Source: Squalus acanthias (taxonomy: Eukaryota). Taken from it: 64,000 nt of DNA. Of the stretch, positions 24,933 through 35,919 are shown piece by piece. Numbering within the stretch: the stretch's first letter is position 1; each line of letters begins with the position of its first letter. Under the pieces are notes generated by a model. That model did not search any database. It was not told the origin of the DNA and worked only from the letters and a program-made list of their open reading frames with translations. The position numbers and the translations under genes were made by a program. Location of the stretch: NCBI GenBank assembly GCA_030390025.1, contig CM059434.1:15438001-15502000 (forward strand). The letters are read 5' to 3'.

Positions 24933-25170
24933 ACTCAGCGGGTTGTGAATCTTTGGAATTCTCTACCCCAAAGGGCTGTGGATGCTCAGTCGTTGAGTAT
25001 ATTCAAGGCTGAGATCGATAGATTTTTGGACTCTAGGCGAATCAGGGGATATGGGGATCGGTCGGGAAAGTGGAGTTGAGGTCGAAGATCAGCCATGATC
25101 TTATTGAATGGCGGAGCAGGCTCAAGGGGCCGTATGGCCTACTCCTGCTCCTGTTTCTTATGCTCTTATA
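24933..25170 (+). mobile_element. CR1 3' fragment
   Basis: TQRVVNLWNSLP..FKAEIDRFL and 3' UTR hairpin tail. Confidence 0.85.
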
Positions 25171-26082
25171 CGACCTCCTCCCCCAGCCCATAGTTTTGCC
25201 TTGCAAGGTAAACCCTTTCCATCCTTCGGATCCAAAGTGACAAAAGTACATGGATTTCCTCTCCTTGCATTCAAATACCTTTTAGTTCCCAGTTGTTCTG
25301 AATCCAATTCTTTGGAATTCATGAATCATTGGTTCAGCCCACCCATGGAAACACATAACCTAGGCATCCCTGTCAATCAGGTAAAAGTCAATGATAACTT
25401 TTACTGTAGGGAACGCAGATAATAATGGAGACCAATAAAATGTGATATGACATGGCTGAGAGAACTTCCAAATATGAAATTTAACGCTGGGGAAGTTGCT
25501 GAGCAACTGAGACAAGCAGACCAGGAAAGATTTGCTCCCAGGTCTCACCGCCCCTGGATTAAGGAGGGGGGAAAACATTGGCCCAAGGTTCCAAGTGACC
25601 CTGATGCATAACGTCTATGTGTGGACGTCCAGTGAAGACAGAACCTCCCGAGGTCAAAAAGCTCGGGGAGACTCTGATGGCACACACGTGACAAATAGCT
25701 ACTTGGGTTAGGTGCTGGAATTGCGACTGGCGCCACTATAAGCCTGCCACCAGTCTAAAGAACCCGGATTTGAAAGTATAAACATTGGGAACTGGCACCT
25801 CAAAAAGGAGGCCAAACTACTTATAAAGTGGGCAAGGTAAAATTTGCCTCCCATTGCCATTTTGGGGTACAACTGGGTGGACCGTGCGCACTCTGCCCAC
25901 TTTCACCTGGTGGTCCTGCCCAAGGGGAGCCAAAAAGGTGCGTTTTTAATTGTTTTTGCTCTAGTGCTCCTCGGGCTCCACAAAAAATAATGAGGGCACG
26001 CGGCAGTGCTGGGTTCCTGCCCCTTCCGCAGATGACCTTCCCACCCCAGCTCCCCCCCCCCCCCGCCCCCCCGAACCTAACC

Positions 26083-26480
26083 TGATTTTAAAATTCTCAT
26101 CCTTGTTTTCAAATACCTCCATGGCCTTGTCCTTCCTATCTCTATAACCTCCTCCAGCCCTACAACTCCCTCCGAGGTCTCTGCACTTCTCCAATTTTCC
26201 TGCTTTTCATCGCTCCACCATTGGCGGCCGTGTCTTCAGCTGCCTAGGCCCCAAGCCCTGGAATACCCTCCCTAAACCGCTACGCATCTCTACCTCTCTC
26301 TCCTCCTTTAAGCTGCTCCTTAAAATCTACCTCTTTGAGCAAGCTTTTGGTCATCTGTCCTAATATCTCCTTGTGTGGCACGGTGTCAAATTTTGTTTGA
26401 TAATTGCTCCTGTGAAGCACCTTGGGATGTTTTATTATGTTAAAGGCGCTATATAAATGCAAGTTGTTGTTGTTGTTGTT
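26083..26480 (+). mobile_element. L2 3' fragment
   Basis: L2 coding tail ending in (gtt)n. Confidence 0.85.
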
Positions 26481-27219
26481 GAATGACTGTGTATAATGCG
26501 GCTAGGTTGTGTTAGAATGAGTCGCTGTCTGAAGACCTTTGAAGATGTCAGTGTGCCGACCGTTTCAGTTGCATGTCAAAGCTTGTAGGTTGAATTTTAA
26601 AACTGAGGCGTTCCTGGACCGGGAGCTAATGTAGGCCAGCGAGCACAGTGGGGATGGGTGAATGGGACTTGATGTGAGTTAGGATACAGGCAGCAGAGTG
26701 GGTGGGTTGCAATTGGGGCACATGTCTGTCGCTGCATGTGCTCCTTCAAATTATAACCCAAGATTATGCTTGTTTGATAAGATAACACATTAGACATAGA
26801 CATTGGAAAAAAGGCCTCAAAATTACAAGCTTCTGACTCCCATTGAGGAGGCCACACTGGACAACCATGCCGACAGGAGCATCAAGAGTGTAAGGGGAGG
26901 TGAAGATCCAGGCTTCACCCAAGCTCAGGACTACTACAATCCTGCTCTTGTTATCTCTTGTTCCCAGACTTCACTCACACATAGGCAATAGCTACACAAA
27001 CCCTGGAATAAGTAGTTGGTTAGCCTGAGGAGGTAGCGCCAAGTGAATTACACCGCACAGGTCAGGAGAAACAAGTGGTGGTGTCAAAGGGATGAGTGCT
27101 GCTCCAACAACACTCATGAAGCTCGACACCATCCAGGACAAATCAGCCTGCTTGATTGGCACCCCATCCACCACCTTAAACATTCACTCCCTCCACCACC
27201 AGCGCACCGTGGCTGCAGT

Positions 27220-27296
27220 CAATGTTCCGTGTTTTTGCATTGAAAAGCTGGCAAGCTGGCTGCGTGGGATCCCTGGAGTGTTTACAGGGGACATTG
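27220..27296. mobile_element. 77-bp hAT MITE
   Basis: TIR caatgttcc / gggacattg. Perfect 8-bp TSD gctgcagt (27212-27219, 27297-27304). Confidence 0.85.
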
Positions 27297-27534
27297 GCTG
27301 CAGTGTACCATCTACAAGATGCACTATAGCAACTTGCCAATGCTTCTTCAACGGCGCCTCTCAATCCCGCAACCTCTACCACCTGGAAGGACAAGGGCAG
27401 CAGGCGCATGGGAACACCACCACCTACAAGTTCCCCTCCAAGTTACACACCCTCCTGACTTGGAAATATATCGCCGTTCCTTCATCGTCGCTGAGTCAAA
27501 ATCCTGGAACTCCCTCCCTAACAGCACTAATGGA

Positions 27535-27709
27535 CAATGTTCTCCGTAAGCCGCATTGCCTGCTGCGTGGCCTGCCTCCCCCAATTCACGGCCCATTCAA
27601 ATTTTTGCGCATGCGCGGTACCTACAATGTAGAAGCCGGTGAGCGACCTGCATGGGACTTTGCAGATGACTGTGCGGCCTCGTGGCCACGCAGCTTAGCG
27701 GGAACATTG
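27535..27709. mobile_element. hAT MITE (CAATGTTC termini)
   Basis: TIR caatgttc / gaacattg. TSD not clear. Confidence 0.7.
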
Positions 27710-28038
27710 AGCACCTTCACCACAAGGACTGCAGTGTTCAAGAAGGCGGCTCACCATCTTCTCAAGGGCGATTAGGGATGGGCAATAAATGCCCACATCC
27801 CATGAATGAATTAAAAAAGGAGGACATAGGCACCCGGCCCACTAACGTTTCAAATTTAAAATTCTCATCCTTGTGTTCAAATCACACCATGGCTTTAACC
27901 TCCCTAGCTCTGCAATCTCCTCCAGCAACTCTGCTTTCCTCCAACTCTGGCCTTTGCGCAGCCCCACTCCCTTTGCCCATCATTGGCAGCCGTGCCTTCA
28001 GCCATCTAGGCCCTAAGCTCTGGAATTCCTTCCCTTGA

Positions 28039-28460
28039 GTGTCAGCCAGTGGCGCAGTTGGTAGCACCCTCGCCTGAGTCAGAATGGTTGTGGGTTCAAG
28101 TCCCACTCCATGAAACTTGAGCACAAAAAATCTAGGCTGACACTCCAGTGCAGTACTGAGGGAGTGCTGCACTGTCGGAGGTGCTGTCTTTCGGATGAGA
28201 TGTTAAACCGAGGCCCCGTCTGCTCTCTCAGGTGGATGTAAAAGATTCCATGGTATCCTGGCCAATATTTATCACTAAAACAGATTATCTGGTCATTATC
28301 ACATTGCAGTTTGTGGGAGCTTGCTGTGCACAAATTGGTTGTTGTGTTTCCCACATTACAACAGTGACTACATTTCAAAAACGACTTCATTGGCTGTAAA
28401 GCACTTTGGGATGTCTGGTGGTTGTGAAAGGCGCTATATAAATGCACTTTGTTCTTTCTT
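28039..28460 (+). mobile_element. SacSINE1-like DeuSINE inserted in an L2 fragment (about 27850-28620)
   Basis: Head, core and tail present. L2 text resumes at ttccctaaacc. Confidence 0.85.
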
Positions 28461-28959
28461 TCCCTAAACCACTCTGCCTCTCCTGCTTTAAGACACTCCT
28501 TAAAACCTATCCTTCTGACCAAGCTTATAGTCTCGCCTCCAACATCTCCTTCTTTGGCGATGTGGCAATGTTTCTGTCTGTAAATCGCCTCGGGACACTT
28601 TCCTACTTTAGAGGTGCCATTTCAATGCCGTTGGGCGCAACTCAGTTCTGTCTTGCGCTGTAGAAAATTCTCAATAAATCTCTTACCAGAGGAACAGGAG
28701 TAGGCCATTCAACCCCTCCAGCCTGCTTCGCAAGGCACTGAGGCTCGGAGAGCTTTGTAACTAGCTGGGCTACTGATAAATTGGGTCAGTGGTCAAGTTG
28801 GTGATAAACACTTTTCCTGTCAAAGCTGACTTAATCAGGCAAACTGGGGGAGGAGGGGGATCTGGTGAAGGATCTCCACACCCATTTTAATTCCTTAGCA
28901 GTTGTCATGTCTGTTGTGCTTTTCCTCCCTTTCACGTTTCTTTGTCTCAGAAATCTGGC

Positions 28960-29409
28960 CTTTTTTTCTGATTGGCGGGGGGGGGGGGGAATTCCCCCAA
29001 AGTCGAAGCGCAAGCCTTCGAAAACCAAGCTCGGGGGACGTTCTCGGACTTGTCTGAACACGAAACTCTGAGACTTTTCTGATTGACAGTTCCGTTGACC
29101 AATGCAAAAAAGCTAACTGAGCCTTAGACCACCGCCTCAACCGGAGCTGGGAGCCAATGGGAAGAGGAAGGGAGGGCCACGCCCCAAAAACTAAAGTTGG
29201 GAAGTGAAGTTTGGACTTGCAAAAAAAATTCCCCTTCGGCACGATGACGCGAGAAGGGCGATTATAAGAAGTGACCTCACGGTATCATCAACGGCAGAAC
29301 AGGCGGAAGTTAGTTTCTTATTGAAAGGGCTTTTTTTTTGGTTTGTTGTTGCTTCTGTGTTTTCTGAAACATCGCGTGTGAGTCTTCCTGCGAGCACTTG
29401 TCAGTTTCA
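28960..29409 (+). promoter_or_regulatory. BAX proximal promoter / 5' UTR
   Basis: Unique, CpG-enriched sequence. CCAAT boxes at 28971 (reverse), 29099 and 29154. Sp/KLF box gccacgcccc 29176-29185. kB palindrome GGGAATTCCC 28987-28996. p53 half-site 29046-29055. TGACG 29245. ETS gcggaagt 29303. Confidence 0.7.
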
Positions 29410-29476
29410 ATGGCTAGTTTCAATGGGAGAGACGGGCCTGGAGAGAAGACTCCCCGGGGAAGAAGGACGCCCAGCG
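29410..29476 (+). CDS. BAX: BAX exon 1 (coding part, 67 nt)
   Basis: ATG at 29410. Donor G|gtaagt, phase 1, joins exon 2 in frame. Lies directly after the promoter cluster. Confidence 0.8.
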
Positions 29477-31204
29477 GTAAGTGTGGCAAAAAAGTGTCCC
29501 AAGGGGGAGGAGGAGATCTTTCCTTGTTCCTGCTTGGGGTTGTCTCGTTTAGCCGGCGCCGCCTGTTTGACCATTTCCTAGAATGATGTAGCACAGGGGG
29601 AGGCCATTCGACCCATCGTACCTGTGCCAGCTCTTAGAAAGAGCTATCCAATTAGTCCCACGCCCCTGCTCTTTTTTCCCCCACCCCTTCTAACATTCCC
29701 CCCCCCCCCCCCGTTCAAGTATAGGTCCAATTCCCGTTTGAAAGTTTACTATTGAATCTGCTTCCACCTCCCTTTCAGGCAGTGCAGTGCAGATCACAAC
29801 AACATTAAAAAAAAAAGGAATTGATCTTTTCGGGTTGCCTTTGAGAGGTGGGGCTGGTGAGATGGGATCTGGAGGCAGGAAAGTACTTGGGCGACGCAGC
29901 TGGGGACGACTAGCCTGCCCCGGAGAAGAAACTCAGGGAGGGAAGACAACCAAGGAAGAGAAACGCAGGATAAATAGGCGTTATGGACCGAATGGCCTCT
30001 TTCTGTGCTGTAAGATTCTAAATAGTGGGTGAAATAGGAGGGGGAGGGGGGGGGAAGAGAGAGCGAAAGGATTTGATCAAATGAAACTGTGAGTCTGTCA
30101 ATAAAATAGTATTGAAAAAAGAAACTGAGAAAGAAAGTAACACCCAGTCACCGATTACTTTGCGATTTAGTCCCAGTCTGGTCTTTGTGCTTCTCGCCCA
30201 GGTTTTGCATTTCCACTGCCCACACTCTTTCTGCCTTCTGATGTCTCCATTTGGCTCACTTCCATCCTTTCTACTGGCATCCTTCATCACCGCTTGCCAC
30301 TTCAGTGCCGAGTGTGAGGAGCTTATGCATGCTGACCCGAAGAAGGAAAGATTCGCAAACATGTCCCGCAACAAGTAGAAAATCAATATAATTGTTATGT
30401 AGGAAAGAAAGATAGTGTACATTTTGAAAGCTGGAATTTCTTCAGTACCCGAAGTGTTAATATTGCCCTTTGTGTCTCGTGAACTGCCCCTCACCTGGTA
30501 TGATTGTTCAATATCTTGAAAATGTTTGATTCCCATGATAATTAATTTCAGGACCTTTTTAGTCTTCAGTCTGGGTTCTGCCTTGCCCATGGCACCAAGA
30601 TGGCACTGGTCAAAGTCACCAACAATATCTTAAGTGACCGTAACACACTATCCTTTCTCGTGTTTCTTGTAATGTTTGACGCAGACAATCATGGCGTAAA
30701 GCAGAAAAGTTTGGTTTCTTAACAAAATCGAGACGTCCTCTACAATCTGGGACACTTGTGAGGGTCCCTGATTTTGGCCATTAGTTCCTGATTTTGTAGG
30801 GTATGTCCCTGATTGCAGCCATCAAGAGGGAGGCTGGCATTCTGAAGGCAGCCTCTAGCCATGCCACTTGTGGTGGATCCTGGGTGCAAGTGCCCACTGA
30901 TCAGTCGGAGGACAGACCTGCTGATATCAGTTAGATCCCGCAGACCCTGACCGATGATGCTCCAAAGCTCTTGGAAATCACTTTCTATTCTCTCCAAATG
31001 GTCCCCAAAAGGCCAGGATTCAAAACATCCACTTTGAATGCACTGCCTCATCTGGAGGCCTCTTTGTTAAGGGAGGCGGGGGTGGGGAGTCAGGGATGGA
31101 TGCAGATGTTTGTGGTGCCACCACCTGCTTCAGGTAGTGCTGCATGGTGCCTTCTTGGATATTGCCACTGAGGGTGGTATTGGACTTCGCTGGAACCTTT
31201 TCCA

Positions 31205-31397
31205 TAGTGCCATGGGATCTTTGACATCCACCTGAGAGGGCAGACGAGGCCTCGGTTTAATATCTCATCCGAAAGACGGCACCTCCGACAGTGCAGCACT
31301 CCCTCAGCACTGCACTGTCAGTCCCTGGAGTGGGACTTGAACCCACAGCCTTCTGACGCAGAGGCGAGTGTGCTACCCACTGAGCCACAGCTGACAC
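31205..31397 (-). mobile_element. SacSINE1-like 5' half
   Basis: Reverse complement of head and Deu domain. Confidence 0.8.
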
Positions 31398-31409
31398 TAA
31401 GCCCATCTT

Positions 31410-31862
31410 AATGTCTGCTGCTGTCTTGCATTAAGTTCCACTCACCCATTACCCCTTTGCTCGCTGACCTACATTGGCTCCCGGTCCCCGAATGCCTTAA
31501 ATTTAATATTCTCATCCTCGTGTCTGTAATCTGCTCCAGCCTTACAACTCCTCAAAACGCACCATTCCTCTGACTGCCTTTTGGTGCATCCTTCCCCATC
31601 CCTTCGTCCCAATATTAGCGGCTGTGCCTTTTGCCGTCTAGGCCCCACAGTCTGGAATTTCCTCCCTAAACTTCTTCGATTCTCCACCTCCCTCTCCTCC
31701 TTTAAGACCCTCCTTAAAATCAACCCATTGGTCAAGCTTTCGGTCACCCTGCCTAATATCACCACCTTTGGCTCGCCGTCCATTTTTGTCTGATTATATC
31801 TCTGTGAAGTACCTTCAGATGTTTTTCTATGTTAAAGGTGCTGTATAAATACAAGGTGTTGA
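31410..31862 (+). mobile_element. L2 3' fragment
   Basis: SPITPLLADLHWLPVP..VWNFLPK and L2 tail. Confidence 0.8.
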
Positions 31863-32539
31863 AGTAAATGGCATGTGACATTATAGATATAGTTGTATTG
31901 AACACTATTGAAATCTCGACAGATTTAACACAGCTGGAGGCCCAGATTTGGCCTTCAGTCCACCTTTCGTGCACTTCTAGATGAGGTGGTGCTGGTTTAT
32001 GGTTGCCATCTCTGGTTAGAGGCATTCCTGGAGGCTTGATGATCTGACCACGTGACATGATCACGCGGCATCTGATCACATATGACGTCTACAAATGTTA
32101 TTGCAGTTACCTTATAAAGGTTAGGTCCCCTATAGTTGAATATCTTTGCTCTCATGTAACCCCATTCCACAACTCTCCCCAGAGCCTTCTATATTCCTCC
32201 GTTTCAAATATTTACCCCATTCCCTTTTAAATTGTTTTTAGTCTCTACCTCAATAGCCATGTGGTGAAGCATCCCATAATCTTTCCCTAAATAACTCTCC
32301 TCCTCCCTTCCCCCTTGGTTCTTCCAATGAAAATCCTCAGACTCTGTCCCCTTGTTCCCCATTCGCTCGACAATCTTTCACTGTTTACGACGGTACATTT
32401 TTCACTCACCCCTTTACTTATTGCTCCTCTTTCTGCCCCAATCCCATTCACCTAGATTACTGCTGCTGCTCCTGCTTTGCAGTAAATGCTGGTCCCCACG
32501 ACCACCTGATTCCCCAGTCTACCTCTTGCCTTGACCCAC

Positions 32540-33010
32540 ATTCCCACGTCTCCCTCTCTTCTCATCCCCATTCCCCAGTCTCCCTCTCGCTCCCCCATTC
32601 GCCAAGCTTGTCTTGGCCTCTTCCCTCTTTCCCCAGTCTCTCTCCCTCTCTCCCCATTCCCCAGTCTCTCTCCCCATTCCCCAGTCTCTCTCCCTCTCTC
32701 CCCCTCTCCCAATTCCCCAGTCTCTCTCCCCATTCCCCAGTCTCTCTCCCTCTCTCCCCAGTCTCTCTCCCCAGCCTCTCTCCCTCTCTCCCCATTCCCC
32801 AGTCTCTCTCCCCATTCCCCAGTCTCTCTCCCCAGTCTCTCTCCCCAGCCTCTCTCCCTCTCTCCCCATTCCCCAGTCTCTCTCCCCATTCCCCAGTCTC
32901 TCTCCCCAGTCTCTCTCCCCAGTCTCTCTCCCTCAGTCCCCAGTCCCCAGTCTCTTTCCCTCTCTCCCCAGCCCCCCTCCCTCTCTCCCATTCCCTAGTC
33001 TCCCTCTCCA
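32540..33010. repeat. CT-rich minisatellite
   Basis: Recurrent units ccccattccccagtctctct, ccccagtctctct and ccctctct. Almost purely pyrimidine on the + strand. Confidence 0.95.
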
Positions 33011-33108
33011 GCAAGAAATGTATTGCTTTTATTTAAAGTGGACATAATCGAAATACGTTCTGTAACTATAGAGTTTATAATTAATTTTGATGTGTGTATT
33101 TTTTTCAG

Positions 33109-33157
33109 ATTCACTAAACGAGACTCTAAATAGACAATCTGGAGCACTCTTCCGTAG
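33109..33157 (+). CDS. BAX: BAX exon 2 (49 nt)
   Basis: ttttttcag acceptor, AG|gttggt donor. DSLNETLNRQSGALFRR aligns to human SSEQIMKTGALLLQG. Phases 1/2. Confidence 0.85.
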
Positions 33158-33224
33158 GTTGGTAACTTCCTTTGCTTTACATTCAACTTTCTGTATATCT
33201 TTGTTGAGTCAGTTGATAAAACAA

Positions 33225-33781
33225 TAGCCAATGGCAGCACACCATCTTCCATTCATAAGTTTCACATACGTGCTGTGAAAGCTATGAATCTTACACACCC
33301 CCAAAATAACAGCTAAACCTCAATTAAATTTAAAAAAAACCATCACATTAATAAAATAAGTATAGTTAAATAAATTAACCATTTTAAATAAAAAATTAAA
33401 TTTTTGAAAACATTTAAAATCTTTTAAAAAGTTATAAAAATAAACTTACCTGTCTTTAAAGTCTCTAAAAAAGATATACCTGTTAAAAAAAATTCAAAAT
33501 AATACTTAATTCACTACTTACCTTGTTAAAAGTGGGTCTTACTCCTCCTTTTTTCATTTCTAAAATCTTCCGTCCTTACCTGCGCGTCCAAAGCACTAAG
33601 TGCACAGCGTGCGCGCAGCCTGTAGCGCGCACGCGGTGCACCGAGGAACCGCCCCCTTTTCCAAAGACCAAGTGCCGGTTTTCAGCGCATGCGCAGTGCA
33701 TGCAGAAAACCGGCAATTGGAGAGAGAATACGTGAGAGTACGCAGTGCGTACTCTCGCGTAGCGGCATCAATTTTTGGCCC
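33225..33781 (-). mobile_element. Palindrome-rich non-autonomous DNA element, copy B (probably Harbinger-type)
   Basis: Minus strand starts gggccaaaaatt and is colinear with 39482-40355. Confidence 0.7.
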
Positions 33782-34169
33782 ATTACTGTTAAAATGTTGC
33801 TCCTCTCTGTATTCTACTGGATGCCTTAAAATGCATCATATTCTTGCCAAAAGCCACCTTTTTAGTGGGGCAATCTGTACATTTGAGCTACAATCTCTTC
33901 ACAGCCTAAACCGTCCAATAAAGTGTTCCTTTATTTCATTTTAAGTGACGATAATATGTTGGGCAACTGACTTTTTTTCCAGTCACCTGATGCATGAAGA
34001 CTTCAATTTAACTGTAAACCTTCAGATTATTAGAAGTAAAAGCAATTCATGATCTGTTTCCTGCAATGTTCTCATTGTTAAAATGTGTTTGTAAATCTGT
34101 AGTTATCGCACTTTTCATGAAGCAGACCCGGAAGGTGCAAGAAAAAAGGAAGACTTTTTTTTATATAGC

Positions 34170-34752
34170 TGTGTCAGCTGTGGCTCAGTTGGTAGCACAC
34201 TCGCTTCTGAGTCAGAAGGTTGTGGGTTCAAGTCCCACTCCAGGGACTTGATGCGGAGATGCCGGTGAACTGATGAAGGAGCAGCAGCTCCGAAAGCTTG
34301 TGATTTCAAATAAAACTGTTGGACTATAACCTGGTGTTGTGCGACTTCTCACTTTTGTCCAGGGACTTGAGCACATAAACCTAGGCTGACACTCCAGTGC
34401 AGTGCTGAGGGAGTGCTGCACTGTCGGAGGTGCCGTCTTTTGGATGAGATGTTCAACCGAGGCCCCGTCTGCTCTCTCAGGTGGACGTAAAAGATCCCGC
34501 GGCACTATTTTGAAGAAGAGCAGGGGAGTTATCTCCGGTGTCCTGGGCCAATATTTATTCCTCAATCAACATAATAAAAACAGATTATCTGGTCATTATC
34601 ACATTGCTGTTTGTGGGACCTTGCTGTGTGCAAATTGGCTGCCGCGTTTCCCACATTACAACAGTGACTACACTCCAAAAATACTTCATTGGCTGTGAAG
34701 TGCTTTGAGACGTCCAGTGGTCGTGAAAGGCGCTATATAAATGCAAGTCTTT
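34170..34752 (+). mobile_element. SacSINE1-like DeuSINE with nested Penelope insertion
   Basis: Full head, core and tail. Confidence 0.9.
34252..34357 (+). mobile_element. Penelope pLTR insertion with hammerhead core (34270-34303)
   Basis: 13-bp TSD tccagggacttga (34239-34251, 34358-34370). ctgatga-a-ggagc..gctcc-gaaagctt-gtga, with the stem I 5' arm disrupted. Confidence 0.85.
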
Positions 34753-35031
34753 TAGCACCTTATTCAGGATGCCCCAAAGCGTTTTTAGCCAATGAAGGAC
34801 TTCTGAAGTGTAGTCATTGTTGCAATGTAGGAAACAACATGAAGCACACACTAATTATTCCAAAATGTATTTTGCAATAAGCTAAGCCTTTCCATTACTT
34901 TAAAAAATATATATACAATGTATTTATGTGGGAAGATGCATCTAAATCTATGGAATAACTTGGATGTTAGAATGACGTCTTTCTAATTTAGAATGATGTC
35001 TTTCTAATTTTCTTTTTAAATTGTTGTGCAG

Positions 35032-35193
35032 GTTTGTACTGGAGACAATCCACGAAGAAGATCCACAAGTCCCACTTGGACCAGAGGATCTTGGTGGTAC
35101 CGAGAATGAGATTGAGGATCCGACAATCAAGGAAATATGCAAGAGTTTGAAGAAAATTGGGGATGAGCTGAACAGAAATGCTGAACTGCAACA
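35032..35193 (+). CDS. BAX: BAX exon 3 (162 nt, BH3)
   Basis: tgcag acceptor, CA|gtatgt donor. LKKIGDELN BH3 motif (human LKRIGDELD). Confidence 0.95.
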
Positions 35194-35444
35194 GTATGTA
35201 ACTGGGCAATATATTAAGCATTTTCTTTATCCCAGTGTAGTAACTGACTTGGCAATTATTATAGTACGGTATTTGATTGGAGTCTCCCAGTTGCACCAAT
35301 GATAGAATGCTGGCGTCTCGGGTTGAGGATCTACTTTTCAAACTATCAACTTTAATTTACGTTTGAAGTCTGCTACCTCCCAACGGATGAGTTGGTCTGA
35401 TTCTGACAGGGCCACTGTGTGCCTCACATGATGTGCAATCTTTG

Positions 35445-35919
35445 GCGTGCTCTCCTGGTCGACCTCCCACCGTGTACCCTCCGTAAACTTGAGCTCATCC
35501 AAAATTCTGTTGCCCGTATCCTGACGCTCACCAAGTCTCGTTCACCCATCACCCCTGTGCTGCTGACCTACGTTGTCTAAATTCTCAACCTTGTTTTCAA
35601 ACACCTCCATGACTTCGCCCCTCCCTATCTCTGTAACCTCCTCCAGTCCGACAACCCTCTGAGATCTCTGCGCTCCTCCAATTCTGGCCTCTTGCGCATC
35701 CCCGATTTTAATTGCTCCACCATTGGTGGCAATGCCTTCAGAAGTCGAGGGCCTAATCTCTGGAATTCCCTCCCTAAATCTCTCCGCCTCTCTCCCTCTC
35801 TAAGAGGCTCCTTAAAACCTACCTCTTTGACCAAGTTTTTGGTCACCTGTCCTAATACTGTAGTCAAATTTTATTGGATAATGTCCTGTGAAGCGCATTT
35901 GGATGCTTTACTACCTTTA
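35445..35919 (+). mobile_element. L2 3' fragment (tail resumes at about 37889-37920)
   Basis: KLELIQNSVARIL..SPITPVL. Tail split by the CR1 insertion. Confidence 0.85.

Larger units (their letters stand above)
27090..27815 (+). mobile_element. CR1/L2-group LINE family B 3' fragment with two hAT MITE insertions
   Basis: Same family as 3371-3900. Confidence 0.85.

Noticed and set aside
32452-33047. Long ORFs in six frames (GERERDWG and SLSP repeats)
   Set aside because: Translation of the CT-rich minisatellite, which lacks stop codons. Not genes.
35021-35302. 93-aa ORF as an independent BH3-only protein
   Set aside because: BAX exon 3 read through into flanking introns.
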